This document shows positions 56,776 through 64,000 of a DNA stretch of 64,000 nucleotides, piece after piece. The notes beneath the pieces are model-generated. The model was not told where the DNA came from, made no database searches, and was given only the letters and a program-made list of their open reading frames with translations. The position numbers and the translations under genes were made by a program. The DNA comes from Gaiellaceae bacterium (GTDB lineage: Bacteria > Actinomycetota > Thermoleophilia > Gaiellales > Gaiellaceae), in assembly GCA_036496545.1 (NCBI GenBank), contig DASXKX010000027.1:18559-82558 (forward strand). The letters are read 5' to 3'. How positions within the stretch are numbered: position 1 is the first letter of the stretch; every line of letters starts with the position of its first letter.

Positions 56776-58320
56776 ATGAGCCAGGAGATCATCGAAGCCG
56801 TTCGCGAGCTCGAGCGCGACAAGGGAATCGAAGAGGGAACGCTCGTCGCCGCGATCGAGGACGCGCTCCTCGCGGCGTACAAGAAGACGCCCGGCGCCGC
56901 CCGGCACGCGGTCGTCGAGATGGACGACCAGGGCGACTCGCACGTCTACTCGATCGAGCTTCCCACCGACCTCGAGGTGCAACTGCTCGAGGAGGCGCGT
57001 GAGCGCAAGCTCGAGGAGCTCGAGCGCCTCGAGGAGGAGACCGGCGAGCGCCAGCACACGCTGATCTCGGACGACGATCTCGAGATCGACCTCTCCGATG
57101 TACCCGAGGAGGAGATCGAGCGCGCGGAGGTGACGCCGGAAGGCTTCGGCCGCATCGCCGCACAAACGGCCAAGCAGGTCATTCTCCAGCGGATCCGTGA
57201 AGCCGAGCGCCAGATGATGTACGACGAGTACATCGATCGCGTCGGCGAGGTCGTCACCGGCATCGTGCAGCAGGCCGGCGACCGCAACAACGTTCTCGTC
57301 GACCTCGGCAAGGTCGAGTCGCTGCTGCCGCGGTCCGAGCAAGTTGACGGCGAGCGCTACGAGCAGGGCTCGCGCATCAAGGCCGTCATCACCGAGGTGC
57401 GCAGCGGAACGAAAGGCCCGCAGGTCATCCTGTCGCGCCGCGATCCGGAGCTGATCAAGACACTGTTCGAGCTCGAGGTTCCGGAGATCGCCGACGGTCT
57501 CGTCACGATCGAAGGCGTCGCGCGCGAGCCGGGGTACCGCTCGAAGATCGCCGTGCAGTCGCACACGCAGGGCGTCGATCCCGTCGGTGCCTGCGTCGGC
57601 CCGCGCGGCTCGCGGGTCCGCATGGTCGTCTCCGAGCTCCGCGGCGAGAAGATCGACATCATCCCCTGGAACCCGGAGCCGGCGCGCTTTGTCGCGAAGG
57701 CCCTCTCGCCAGCACGTGTGCGCGAGGTCTATCTGGACGACGATGGGAAGGAGGCGACCGTCGTCGTGCCGGACGACCAGCTCGCGCTCGCGATCGGCAA
57801 GGAAGGCATGAACGCGCGCCTCGCCGCCCGGCTCACCGGCTGGAAGATCGACATCCAGAGTGACACCGAGTTCGCGCAGGCTGAGGCTGATGCCGCGTAC
57901 GGCGGCGGCGAGGAAGGCACCGAGGACGTGTCGGGCCGCTGTTCGGCAATCCTCTCGAACGGCAAGCGCTGCCCGAACGCTGCGCTGCCCGGGTCGAAGT
58001 ACTGCGGGGTGCCGGCGCACCAGGAGCTCGCGCTCCACGACTCCGACGACGAGGAGCCGGTCGTGACCGAGTCCGAGCCGGAGCTCGAGGCGCTTGCGGA
58101 CGAGCTCGCGCCGGACGCCGAGTCCGTCGGACCGTCGCTGCCGGAGCTCGAGGTCGAGCCGATCGAGGAGCCCGACTCGGCTCCGCCGATCGTCGAGCCG
58201 GCCGAGCTCGGACCTGGAGACGGTGATCCCGTCGTCTCGCCAAAGGCCGGCCACGCGCCGTCGCCCGAGGTGCCGGCCGGTATTCCGGTCGAGCTGGAGG
58301 AACCGTCCGCGGAGGGCTAA
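56776..58320 (+). CDS. nusA: Transcription termination/antitermination factor NusA with long acidic C-terminal extension
   Basis: NTD, S1 ([10 protein letters not shown]...), KH1/KH2 ([23 protein letters not shown]), then a ~150-aa extension containing a CCCH-like motif. Confidence 0.95.
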   Translation: MSQEIIEAVRELERDKGIEEGTLVAAIEDALLAAYKKTPGAARHAVVEMDDQGDSHVYSIELPTDLEVQLLEEARERKLEELERLEEETGERQHTLISDDDLEIDLSDVPEEEIERAEVTPEGFGRIAAQTAKQVILQRIREAERQMMYDEYIDRVGEVVTGIVQQAGDRNNVLVDLGKVESLLPRSEQVDGERYEQGSRIKAVITEVRSGTKGPQVILSRRDPELIKTLFELEVPEIADGLVTIEGVAREPGYRSKIAVQSHTQGVDPVGACVGPRGSRVRMVVSELRGEKIDIIPWNPEPARFVAKALSPARVREVYLDDDGKEATVVVPDDQLALAIGKEGMNARLAARLTGWKIDIQSDTEFAQAEADAAYGGGEEGTEDVSGRCSAILSNGKRCPNAALPGSKYCGVPAHQELALHDSDDEEPVVTESEPELEALADELAPDAESVGPSLPELEVEPIEEPDSAPPIVEPAELGPGDGDPVVSPKAGHAPSPEVPAGIPVELEEPSAEG

Positions 58321-58571
58321 TGGCGGAGCCGGTCAGGCGGTGCGCAGGTTGCGGGCGGCAGGCGCCGCAGCGCGAGCTTCAGCGCTTCGCCGCCGCCGGC
58401 GGCCGCCTCGTCTCCGGCCGGACCGCGCCCGGCCGCGGGGTCTACACGTGCCGCCGGCTCGAGTGTTTCGAGCGGGCGAGAGCACAGCGCGGTTTCGCCC
58501 GTGTCCTGCGGACGACCGTCGAGGTCGATCCCGCACTCGCCCGTCTTTACACTGAGGAGCCGCATGGCTAA
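58320..58571 (+). CDS. ylxR: YlxR/RnpM family (DUF448) RNA-binding protein
   Basis: RRCAGCGRQAPQRELQRF...GRGVYTC. Its ATG overlaps the nusA TAA by 1 nt. Confidence 0.85.
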   Translation: MAEPVRRCAGCGRQAPQRELQRFAAAGGRLVSGRTAPGRGVYTCRRLECFERARAQRGFARVLRTTVEVDPALARLYTEEPHG

Positions 58572-60528
58572 CGGAGGCAATAGACCGAACAGACCACTTC
58601 GCCCGCGTGGCGGCGGTGGCCCGGGTAACCGGCGCCGCCGCGTCGTCATCGATAACCAGGCCGCGCGCCCCCGCCAGGACGCGCGCCAGGCGCGCGGCGG
58701 ACAGGACAACCAGCGGCGCGAGCAGCGCCCGGCGCCGGCCGCGCCGACCGGGCCTGTCGCGGTCGAGTCAGGTGTCAGCGTCCGCGACTTCTCGCAGGCG
58801 CTCGGCGTCTCGATGGGCGAGCTCATCAAGATCCTCATGGGCCTCGGCCAGATGAAGACGGCGACGCAGTCGCTCACCGACGACGAGGTCGAGTTGATCG
58901 CAAGCGAGCTGAAGCGCGAGGTGACGATCAAGCATGCCGCGGACGAAGAAGACGAGCCAGAGGCGTTCGACGACGCCGACGAGGCGCTCCGAGCCCGTCC
59001 GCCGGTCGTCACGATCATGGGTCACGTCGACCACGGCAAGACGACGCTCCTCGATGCGATCCGGAACGCGAAGGTCGTCGAGACCGAAGCGGGCGGGATC
59101 ACACAGCACATCGGCGCGTACCAGGTGGACGTCGACGGCCGCAAGGTCACGTTCCTCGACACGCCGGGCCACGAAGCGTTCACCGCGATGCGTGCGCGCG
59201 GCGCGAAGGTGACCGACATCGCCGTGCTCGTCGTCGCCGCCGACGACTCCGTCATGCCGCAGACGCGCGAGTCGATCTCGCATGCGCGTGCCGCGGACGT
59301 TCCGATGGTCGTCGCGGTCAACAAGATTGATCTGCCCGACGCGAATCCAGACCGCGTCCTCGCCGACCTCTCGGCCGACGGGCTGCAGCCGGAGGAATGG
59401 GGTGGGACGACGCAGATCGCACGCGTCTCGGCGAAGCAGCAGACCGGCCTCGACGACCTGCTCGAGCGGATTTTGCTTGTCGCCGACGCCGAGCTCGACC
59501 TGCGCGCAAACCCGGAGGCCGAGGCGTCCGGCCCGATCATCGAGTCCCGCCTTGACGTCGGCCGCGGCCCGGTTGCGACGATGCTCGTGCAGCGCGGCAC
59601 GCTCAAGGTCGGCGACGCGATCGTCGCCGGCGACGCGTGGGGCAAGGTGCGCGCGCTCTACAACTACAAGGGCGAGAAGCTGCAGTCCGCAGGCCCGGGC
59701 GACCCCGTCGAGATCCTCGGCTTCGACCGGCCGCCGACCGCCGGCGAGCTCGCGCGCGTCGTCGACAACGAGCGCACCGCGCGCGACTCGGCGCAGAAGC
59801 GCGCCGAGCGCCTCCGCCGCGAGCAGCGCGCATCGCAGCGCCCGAGCGGCGTCTCGCTCGAGAACCTGTTCGAGAGCCTGCAGGCGGGCGAGGTCAAGGA
59901 CCTGAACCTCGTCGTGAAGGCCGACGTGCAAGGTTCCGTCGAAGCGATCGTCAGCGAGCTCGACAAGATTCAGCACCCCGAGGTACGCGTCAACGTGATC
60001 CACCAGGGCGTCGGCGGCATCACGGAGAACGACATCATGCTCGCTGCCGCGTCCGGCGGCATGGTCGTTGGCTTCAACGTTCGGCCGAATGCCGAGACGC
60101 GTGCCGTCGCCGAGCGCGAGGGCGTCGCGATCCGGACGTACGACGTCATCTACAAGCTCACCGAGGACATCGAGCAAGCGCTCGTCGGCATGCTCGCAGC
60201 CGTCAAGACCGAAGAGACCCTCGGTGAGGCGGAGGTGCGCGACACGTTCAAGGCGTCGCGCGTCGGCACGATCGCCGGCTGCATGGTCACGAACGGCTTC
60301 ATCCGCCGCGGCGCGCAGGCGCGCGTGATCCGCGACAGCACGGTGATCTACACGACGACAATCGACTCGCTCAAGCGCTTCCAGGACGATGCCCGCGAGG
60401 TGCAGGAAGGCTTCGAGTGCGGCCTCCACCTCGCGAACTTCGACGACGTCAAGGTGGGCGACATCGTCGAGGCGTTCGAGACGCGCGAGATCGAGCGCAC
60501 GTCGCTCGACGAGCCGCCGTCGGCCTAA
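58564..60528 (+). CDS. infB: Translation initiation factor IF-2
   Basis: Arg/Gly-rich N-terminus and a G domain ([26 protein letters not shown]). ATG 58564 after a GAGGAG SD. Confidence 0.95.
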   Translation: MANGGNRPNRPLRPRGGGGPGNRRRRVVIDNQAARPRQDARQARGGQDNQRREQRPAPAAPTGPVAVESGVSVRDFSQALGVSMGELIKILMGLGQMKTATQSLTDDEVELIASELKREVTIKHAADEEDEPEAFDDADEALRARPPVVTIMGHVDHGKTTLLDAIRNAKVVETEAGGITQHIGAYQVDVDGRKVTFLDTPGHEAFTAMRARGAKVTDIAVLVVAADDSVMPQTRESISHARAADVPMVVAVNKIDLPDANPDRVLADLSADGLQPEEWGGTTQIARVSAKQQTGLDDLLERILLVADAELDLRANPEAEASGPIIESRLDVGRGPVATMLVQRGTLKVGDAIVAGDAWGKVRALYNYKGEKLQSAGPGDPVEILGFDRPPTAGELARVVDNERTARDSAQKRAERLRREQRASQRPSGVSLENLFESLQAGEVKDLNLVVKADVQGSVEAIVSELDKIQHPEVRVNVIHQGVGGITENDIMLAAASGGMVVGFNVRPNAETRAVAEREGVAIRTYDVIYKLTEDIEQALVGMLAAVKTEETLGEAEVRDTFKASRVGTIAGCMVTNGFIRRGAQARVIRDSTVIYTTTIDSLKRFQDDAREVQEGFECGLHLANFDDVKVGDIVEAFETREIERTSLDEPPSA

Positions 60529-60893
60529 GCGTCGAGGTACGCCAGCACCGCAGCAGCCTGCTCGCCGCCTGCTTCTGCATGCGCGCTCAGCGGGATGCCA
60601 TGCGGGCCGAGCATGTCGCGCGTGTCGGGATGCCCTTCGAGGATCGCCTTGACGACATCGAGATCGCCGAGCATCGCCGCGACAAAGATGTCGATCCGCG
60701 CGCCGTGCGCGAGCAGAAGCGAGGCGATGTCGCGTCGTCCCATATGACCGGCGGCGCCGAGCGCCGTCTCCCAGTCACCGCCGCCCCAATCCCATGCGGC
60801 GTTCGCAAACGTGGGGTCTACGGCGAGCGTTGCACGGACGGCCTCGAGGTCGCCGTGTGCGTTCGCCACGAATTCGCGGACGACGTCACTCAT
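60525..60893 (-). CDS. Ankyrin-repeat protein (small)
   Basis: ALGAAGHMGRRDIASLLLAHGARID and AAMLGDLDVVKAILEGHPD are ANK-like repeats. Confidence 0.75.
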   Translation of the reverse strand: MSDVVREFVANAHGDLEAVRATLAVDPTFANAAWDWGGGDWETALGAAGHMGRRDIASLLLAHGARIDIFVAAMLGDLDVVKAILEGHPDTRDMLGPHGIPLSAHAEAGGEQAAAVLAYLDA

Positions 60894-61410
60894 CGCGCAG
60901 AAGAGCGGCGAGCTCGTCGTTGCCGTTCGCGATCGCAGCGTCGAGCGGCGTGAATCCGTGGTCAGCCGTCAGCGTCGGATCGGCGCCGTGCTCGAGCAGA
61001 ACCTTGGCGACATCCGTCGCGCCGGCGAAGGCGCATGTGCCGAGCGGTGTGACGCGTGCGAACGATGCGGTCGCGAGCACGTTCGGGTCCGCTCCGGCCG
61101 CGAGGAGCCTGCGGGCCGCTTCGACGTTCCGTGCGAACGCGGCGATATGCAGCGGTGTGAAACCGTCGGGCGTCCACGCGTCCGGAGCAGGGAGGCCCTC
61201 GCTGTCGCCGACGACGATTCGATCGAACGGCTCAAGCGGCGGGTCTGCGGTGCGGATCGCATCGACTACGGCCGGCCCCCGGTACGCGGCACGCATTACG
61301 GCCGTCAAACCTCGCTCGTCATGCGCGGCAGCCGCAGCCGGATCGGCGGCGATCGCGGCCCGGAGGCCTTCCACGTCGCCCGAATCAATCAGCTCGAAGA
61401 TCGTGAACAT
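60886..61410 (-). CDS. Ankyrin-repeat protein
   Basis: GFTPLHIAAFARNVEAARRLLAAGADPN and TPLGTCAFAGATDVAKVLLEHGADP are ANK repeats. 8-nt overlap with the downstream ankyrin gene. Confidence 0.75.
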   Translation of the reverse strand: MFTIFELIDSGDVEGLRAAIAADPAAAAAHDERGLTAVMRAAYRGPAVVDAIRTADPPLEPFDRIVVGDSEGLPAPDAWTPDGFTPLHIAAFARNVEAARRLLAAGADPNVLATASFARVTPLGTCAFAGATDVAKVLLEHGADPTLTADHGFTPLDAAIANGNDELAALLRDE

Positions 61411-61440
61411 TGCCGAGATTATTAGCTAGCCTAACTAACT

Positions 61441-61863
61441 ATGTCAAGCGACGCAAGGGAGGCCGCCGATCGCATGCACTCGGCGGCAATTCATCTGCTG
61501 CGGCGAATGGCGCGCGAAGACCCGAAGGCAGGAACGTCGCCGGCGCGCCTCTCGGCGCTGTCGGCGCTCGTCTTCGCAGGGCCGCAGACGGTGAGCGAGC
61601 TTGCAAGCATGGAGCGTGTGAAGGTGCCGACGATGAGTCGCCTGGCCACGGCGATGGAGGCCGATGGCCTGATCCGGAGGTCGCGGAACGGTGCAGACGG
61701 CCGCTCGGTCGTTCTCCAAGCGACGGCGAAGGGCAAGCGCGTGCTCGACCGCGCGCGCGAGCTGCGGCTCTCCGCGCTCGAGGAGCTGTTGTCCCAAGCA
61801 AGCGCCGACGAGCTCGCCACCGTGCGTGCGGCCGCGACGATTGTCGACCGGCTCGTGCTCTGA
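61441..61863 (+). CDS. MarR-family transcriptional regulator
   Basis: Winged HTH (VSELASMERVKVPTMSRLATAMEADGLIRRSRNGADGRSVVLQATAKG). Divergent from the ankyrin genes across a 30-bp AT-rich spacer. Confidence 0.88.
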   Translation: MSSDAREAADRMHSAAIHLLRRMAREDPKAGTSPARLSALSALVFAGPQTVSELASMERVKVPTMSRLATAMEADGLIRRSRNGADGRSVVLQATAKGKRVLDRARELRLSALEELLSQASADELATVRAAATIVDRLVL

Positions 61864-62162
61864 TGGCGAGCGGCTTCGTCGGGGTCCTCACCATCGAGCT
61901 GCATTTCCCGGGCGCGCACTCGCTGAAGGAGAAGCGCCATTATCTGCGCTCGGCGAAGGCGCAGCTGCAGAACCGCACGGGCGCGTCGGTCGCGGAGGTC
62001 GAGCATCACGACGTCTGGCAGCGCGCGCGGCTCACAGTCGCATGTGTCGCGCGTGAGCACCACGAGGTCGAGCGCCTGCTGGACGAAGCCGAGCGTTGGT
62101 TGCGAGGCCAGGAGTGGGAGGTGGCCCTGGCCCAGCGCCTCGTCGTCGATCCTGAGGACTAA
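61863..62162 (+). CDS. DUF503 domain-containing protein
   Basis: VGVLTIELHFPGAHSLKEKRHYLRS is the DUF503 signature. Its ATG overlaps the marR TGA by 1 nt. Confidence 0.8.
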   Translation: MASGFVGVLTIELHFPGAHSLKEKRHYLRSAKAQLQNRTGASVAEVEHHDVWQRARLTVACVAREHHEVERLLDEAERWLRGQEWEVALAQRLVVDPED

Positions 62163-62908
62163 ACAACGCCGCGCACGATCGTCAGCGTCCCGCTGATGAG
62201 CAGGATGATCCCGATTGCCCGCAACAGGTTGCGCGTCGACAACCGGCCCGTCGAGCGCGCACCGAGCAACGCGCCGGGGATGGAAGCCGCGCCGCCGACA
62301 GCGAGCAGAGTCCAGTCGACGCCGTTCGGCACATGACCGAGGAGACCGGCTGCACCGACCGCGATCCCGATGACGAGGTTCGTCCCGACGACGCGGACAG
62401 GCTCCTCGCGCACCCAGCGGATCAGCGCCGGCACGCGGAGCGTGCCGAGGATCAGCCCGATGAGGCCGCCGATCGCGCCGATCACGGCCCCTGCCACGAC
62501 GGCGGCGCCGAGCCTCGGGTCGGCGAGCGGCACGGGCTCGGACGTCCGCCGCGGGCGCAGCAGGTCGAGCCCGAAGACGACGAGCGCGGATCCGATCACG
62601 ACTCGCAGCACGTGCGCGGGCAGATGGCCCGCCGCGTACCCGCCGGCGATCGCGCCGACGACCGAGGGTGGGAGCATCCAGGCGACGAGACGCCAGTCGA
62701 TCCGGCCCGCGCGCACATGCGTGATCGAGCCCGCCGCGGCCGCGAGGCCCGAGACCGCGATATTCGCGCCTCCGACCGCAGCCGGGCTCGAGCCGGCGAG
62801 CAGCAGGACGGGCAGGCGGATGTTGCCGAGAACGAGCCCGAGAAGGCCGCCCGCATAGGCGACGAGAAAGCACCAAAGTGCGACGACGGCGAGCACCAGG
62901 GCGTGCAC
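62159..62908 (-). CDS. TauE/SafE family sulfite/anion exporter
   Basis: 249 aa with ~8 TM helices and a duplicated 4-TM architecture containing GGxxG-rich helices. GTG start. Confidence 0.85.
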   Translation of the reverse strand: MHALVLAVVALWCFLVAYAGGLLGLVLGNIRLPVLLLAGSSPAAVGGANIAVSGLAAAAGSITHVRAGRIDWRLVAWMLPPSVVGAIAGGYAAGHLPAHVLRVVIGSALVVFGLDLLRPRRTSEPVPLADPRLGAAVVAGAVIGAIGGLIGLILGTLRVPALIRWVREEPVRVVGTNLVIGIAVGAAGLLGHVPNGVDWTLLAVGGAASIPGALLGARSTGRLSTRNLLRAIGIILLISGTLTIVRGVV

Positions 62909-62925
62909 TCGCTTGAATATGTCTC

Positions 62926-63282
62926 ATGACCGAGCGCATGCGTCGTGTAAACGAGTCAGTTCGCCAGGTGCTCGCCGAGGCGCTTCCCGAGCTGAAGGAC
63001 CCGCGGATCGGCCTCGTGACGGTGACCGGAGTCGACACTTCGCCGGACCTTCGCTACGCGACGGTCTACGTCAGCGTGCTCGGCTCGGTGAAGAAACGGA
63101 CGGCAACACTCCGTGGGCTCGAGGCCGCCCACGGGCTGCTGCAGTCGCGGCTCGCCCGGGAGCTGCGGATGAAGCGAACTCCGCTGCTGACCTTCGAGTA
63201 CGATCCGACGGTCGAGCACGGTGTGCGGATGAGCCGCCTGATCGATGAGCTCGCACCCGAGGATGACGCAAACGTCGAGTGA
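62926..63282 (+). CDS. rbfA: Ribosome-binding factor A
   Basis: RVNESVRQVLAEAL...DPRIGLVTVTGVDTSPDLRYATVYVS. Confidence 0.92.
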   Translation: MTERMRRVNESVRQVLAEALPELKDPRIGLVTVTGVDTSPDLRYATVYVSVLGSVKKRTATLRGLEAAHGLLQSRLARELRMKRTPLLTFEYDPTVEHGVRMSRLIDELAPEDDANVE

Positions 63283-64000
63283 CTTGCAGGCGGTCGTAGC
63301 GGCGCTGCGCGAAGGCGAGCGCTTTCTCGTCGTCACCCACGAGAATCCCGACGGCGACGCACTCGGCTCGCTGCTCGCGATGACGCTCGCGCTGCGGCAG
63401 CTGGGGAAGGACGTCGTGATGTACCTCGCGGGATCGACGCCCGTTCCGCGTGAGTACGCGTTCATGCAGCTCGACGAGCTGCGGCGCGAGGTGCCCACTG
63501 ACATCGCCGACCGTACGGTCGTCGCGGTCGACTGCGCGAAGGCCGATCGCATCGGGCCCGACACACGCCTGCTCGACGAGGCAATCTCGGTCGTCGACGT
63601 CGACCATCACCACGACAACACGCGCTTCGGCGACGTCAATCTCATCGTCGCCGATGCATCGTCGACCGGCGAGGTCCTGAGCGACGTGTTCGCCGGGCTC
63701 GGGGTGGAGATCACGCCGGAGATCGCCGAGCCGCTCTACATCGCGCTCGTGACCGACACCGGGCGCTTTCAGTACTCGAGCACGACGCCGAAGTCGTATC
63801 GGCTCGCCGCCGATCTGATCGAAGCGGGGGCCGACTTCCACGCAGTCTTTCGACAGGTATACGAATCACTCGAGCTTGCCAAGTTCAAGTTGATCGGGCG
63901 TGCGGCGGAGCGGACCCGCGTCCTCGAGGGCGGGAGAATGACGGTCTCGAATCTTCTCCGCACGGACTTCGGAGAAGTGGGGGCGAGCGAGACGTACTCG
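63263..64000 (+). CDS. nrnA: DHH-family phosphoesterase NrnA (oligoribonuclease/pAp phosphatase), 3'-truncated by window end
   Basis: ATG 63263 is in frame to position 64000. Motifs HENPDGDALGS (DHH motif I-II), VDCA, and DHHH. Not in the ORF track because no stop lies in the window. Confidence 0.85.
   Translation, partial: MTQTSSDLQAVVAALREGERFLVVTHENPDGDALGSLLAMTLALRQLGKDVVMYLAGSTPVPREYAFMQLDELRREVPTDIADRTVVAVDCAKADRIGPDTRLLDEAISVVDVDHHHDNTRFGDVNLIVADASSTGEVLSDVFAGLGVEITPEIAEPLYIALVTDTGRFQYSSTTPKSYRLAADLIEAGADFHAVFRQVYESLELAKFKLIGRAAERTRVLEGGRMTVSNLLRTDFGEVGASETYS

Noticed and set aside
56950-57130. Acidic coiled segment in the NusA N-terminal region ([25 protein letters not shown]...) as a lineage-specific insertion
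   Set aside because: Other NusA proteins (e.g. E. coli) also have a variable segment of comparable length between the NTD core and the S1 domain. I cannot show that this one is an insertion.

Overview
This is a very G+C-rich, tightly packed chromosomal segment from an actinobacterium-like genome. The actinobacterial-type mihF, whiA and the gene order suggest a Thermoleophilia- or Rubrobacteria-like lineage, but that placement is an inference. Most of the window is core housekeeping. It holds bcp and hemQ/chdC; uvrC; pruA, ogt and whiA; and a glycolytic block gap-pgk-tpiA-gpmI. It also holds argS and a gluconeogenic pair glpX/fba (class I), then rnz. A complete pyrR-pyrB-pyrC-carA-carB-pyrK-pyrD operon runs into mihF-gmk-rpoZ-coaBC. 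That block is translationally chained to moxR-DUF58-transglutaminase-nucleotidyltransferase-TPR-dtd. The right end holds rimP-nusA-ylxR-infB ... rbfA-nrnA. There are two tRNAs, Gly-CCC and Arg-CCG.

Accessory or poorly understood content:
- Three paralogous secreted clan GH-A-like glycosidases; one has its signal peptide split off by a frameshift.
- A dipeptide-epimerase/DUF1611 pair.
- A lower-GC PG-binding+CHAP lysin-like gene abutting tRNA-Gly.
- An orphan ECF sigma factor whose stop interlocks with a 5-gene Ser/Thr-kinase operon.
- A small TM+LysM protein behind two perfect LexA (Cheo-type) boxes.
- An ankyrin/ankyrin/MarR/TauE insertion between infB and rbfA.

I found no CRISPR array, transposase, integrase or recognisable defence system. 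The most unusual signals are architectural:
- Every well-supported convergent gene pair shares a 4-nt CTAG/CTAA stop-stop overlap.
- Divergent pairs are only 17-30 bp apart, with TAnnnT-like hexamers just upstream of the start codons, which implies leaderless mRNAs.
- There are two noncoding regions dense in perfect 9-12 bp hairpins.
- There is an in-frame hexanucleotide repeat inside gpmI.
- There is a CGCATG repeat array in one spacer.

Gene starts are inferred by eye and may be off by a few codons. The first ~1.9 kb looks lower in GC and is poorly resolved.
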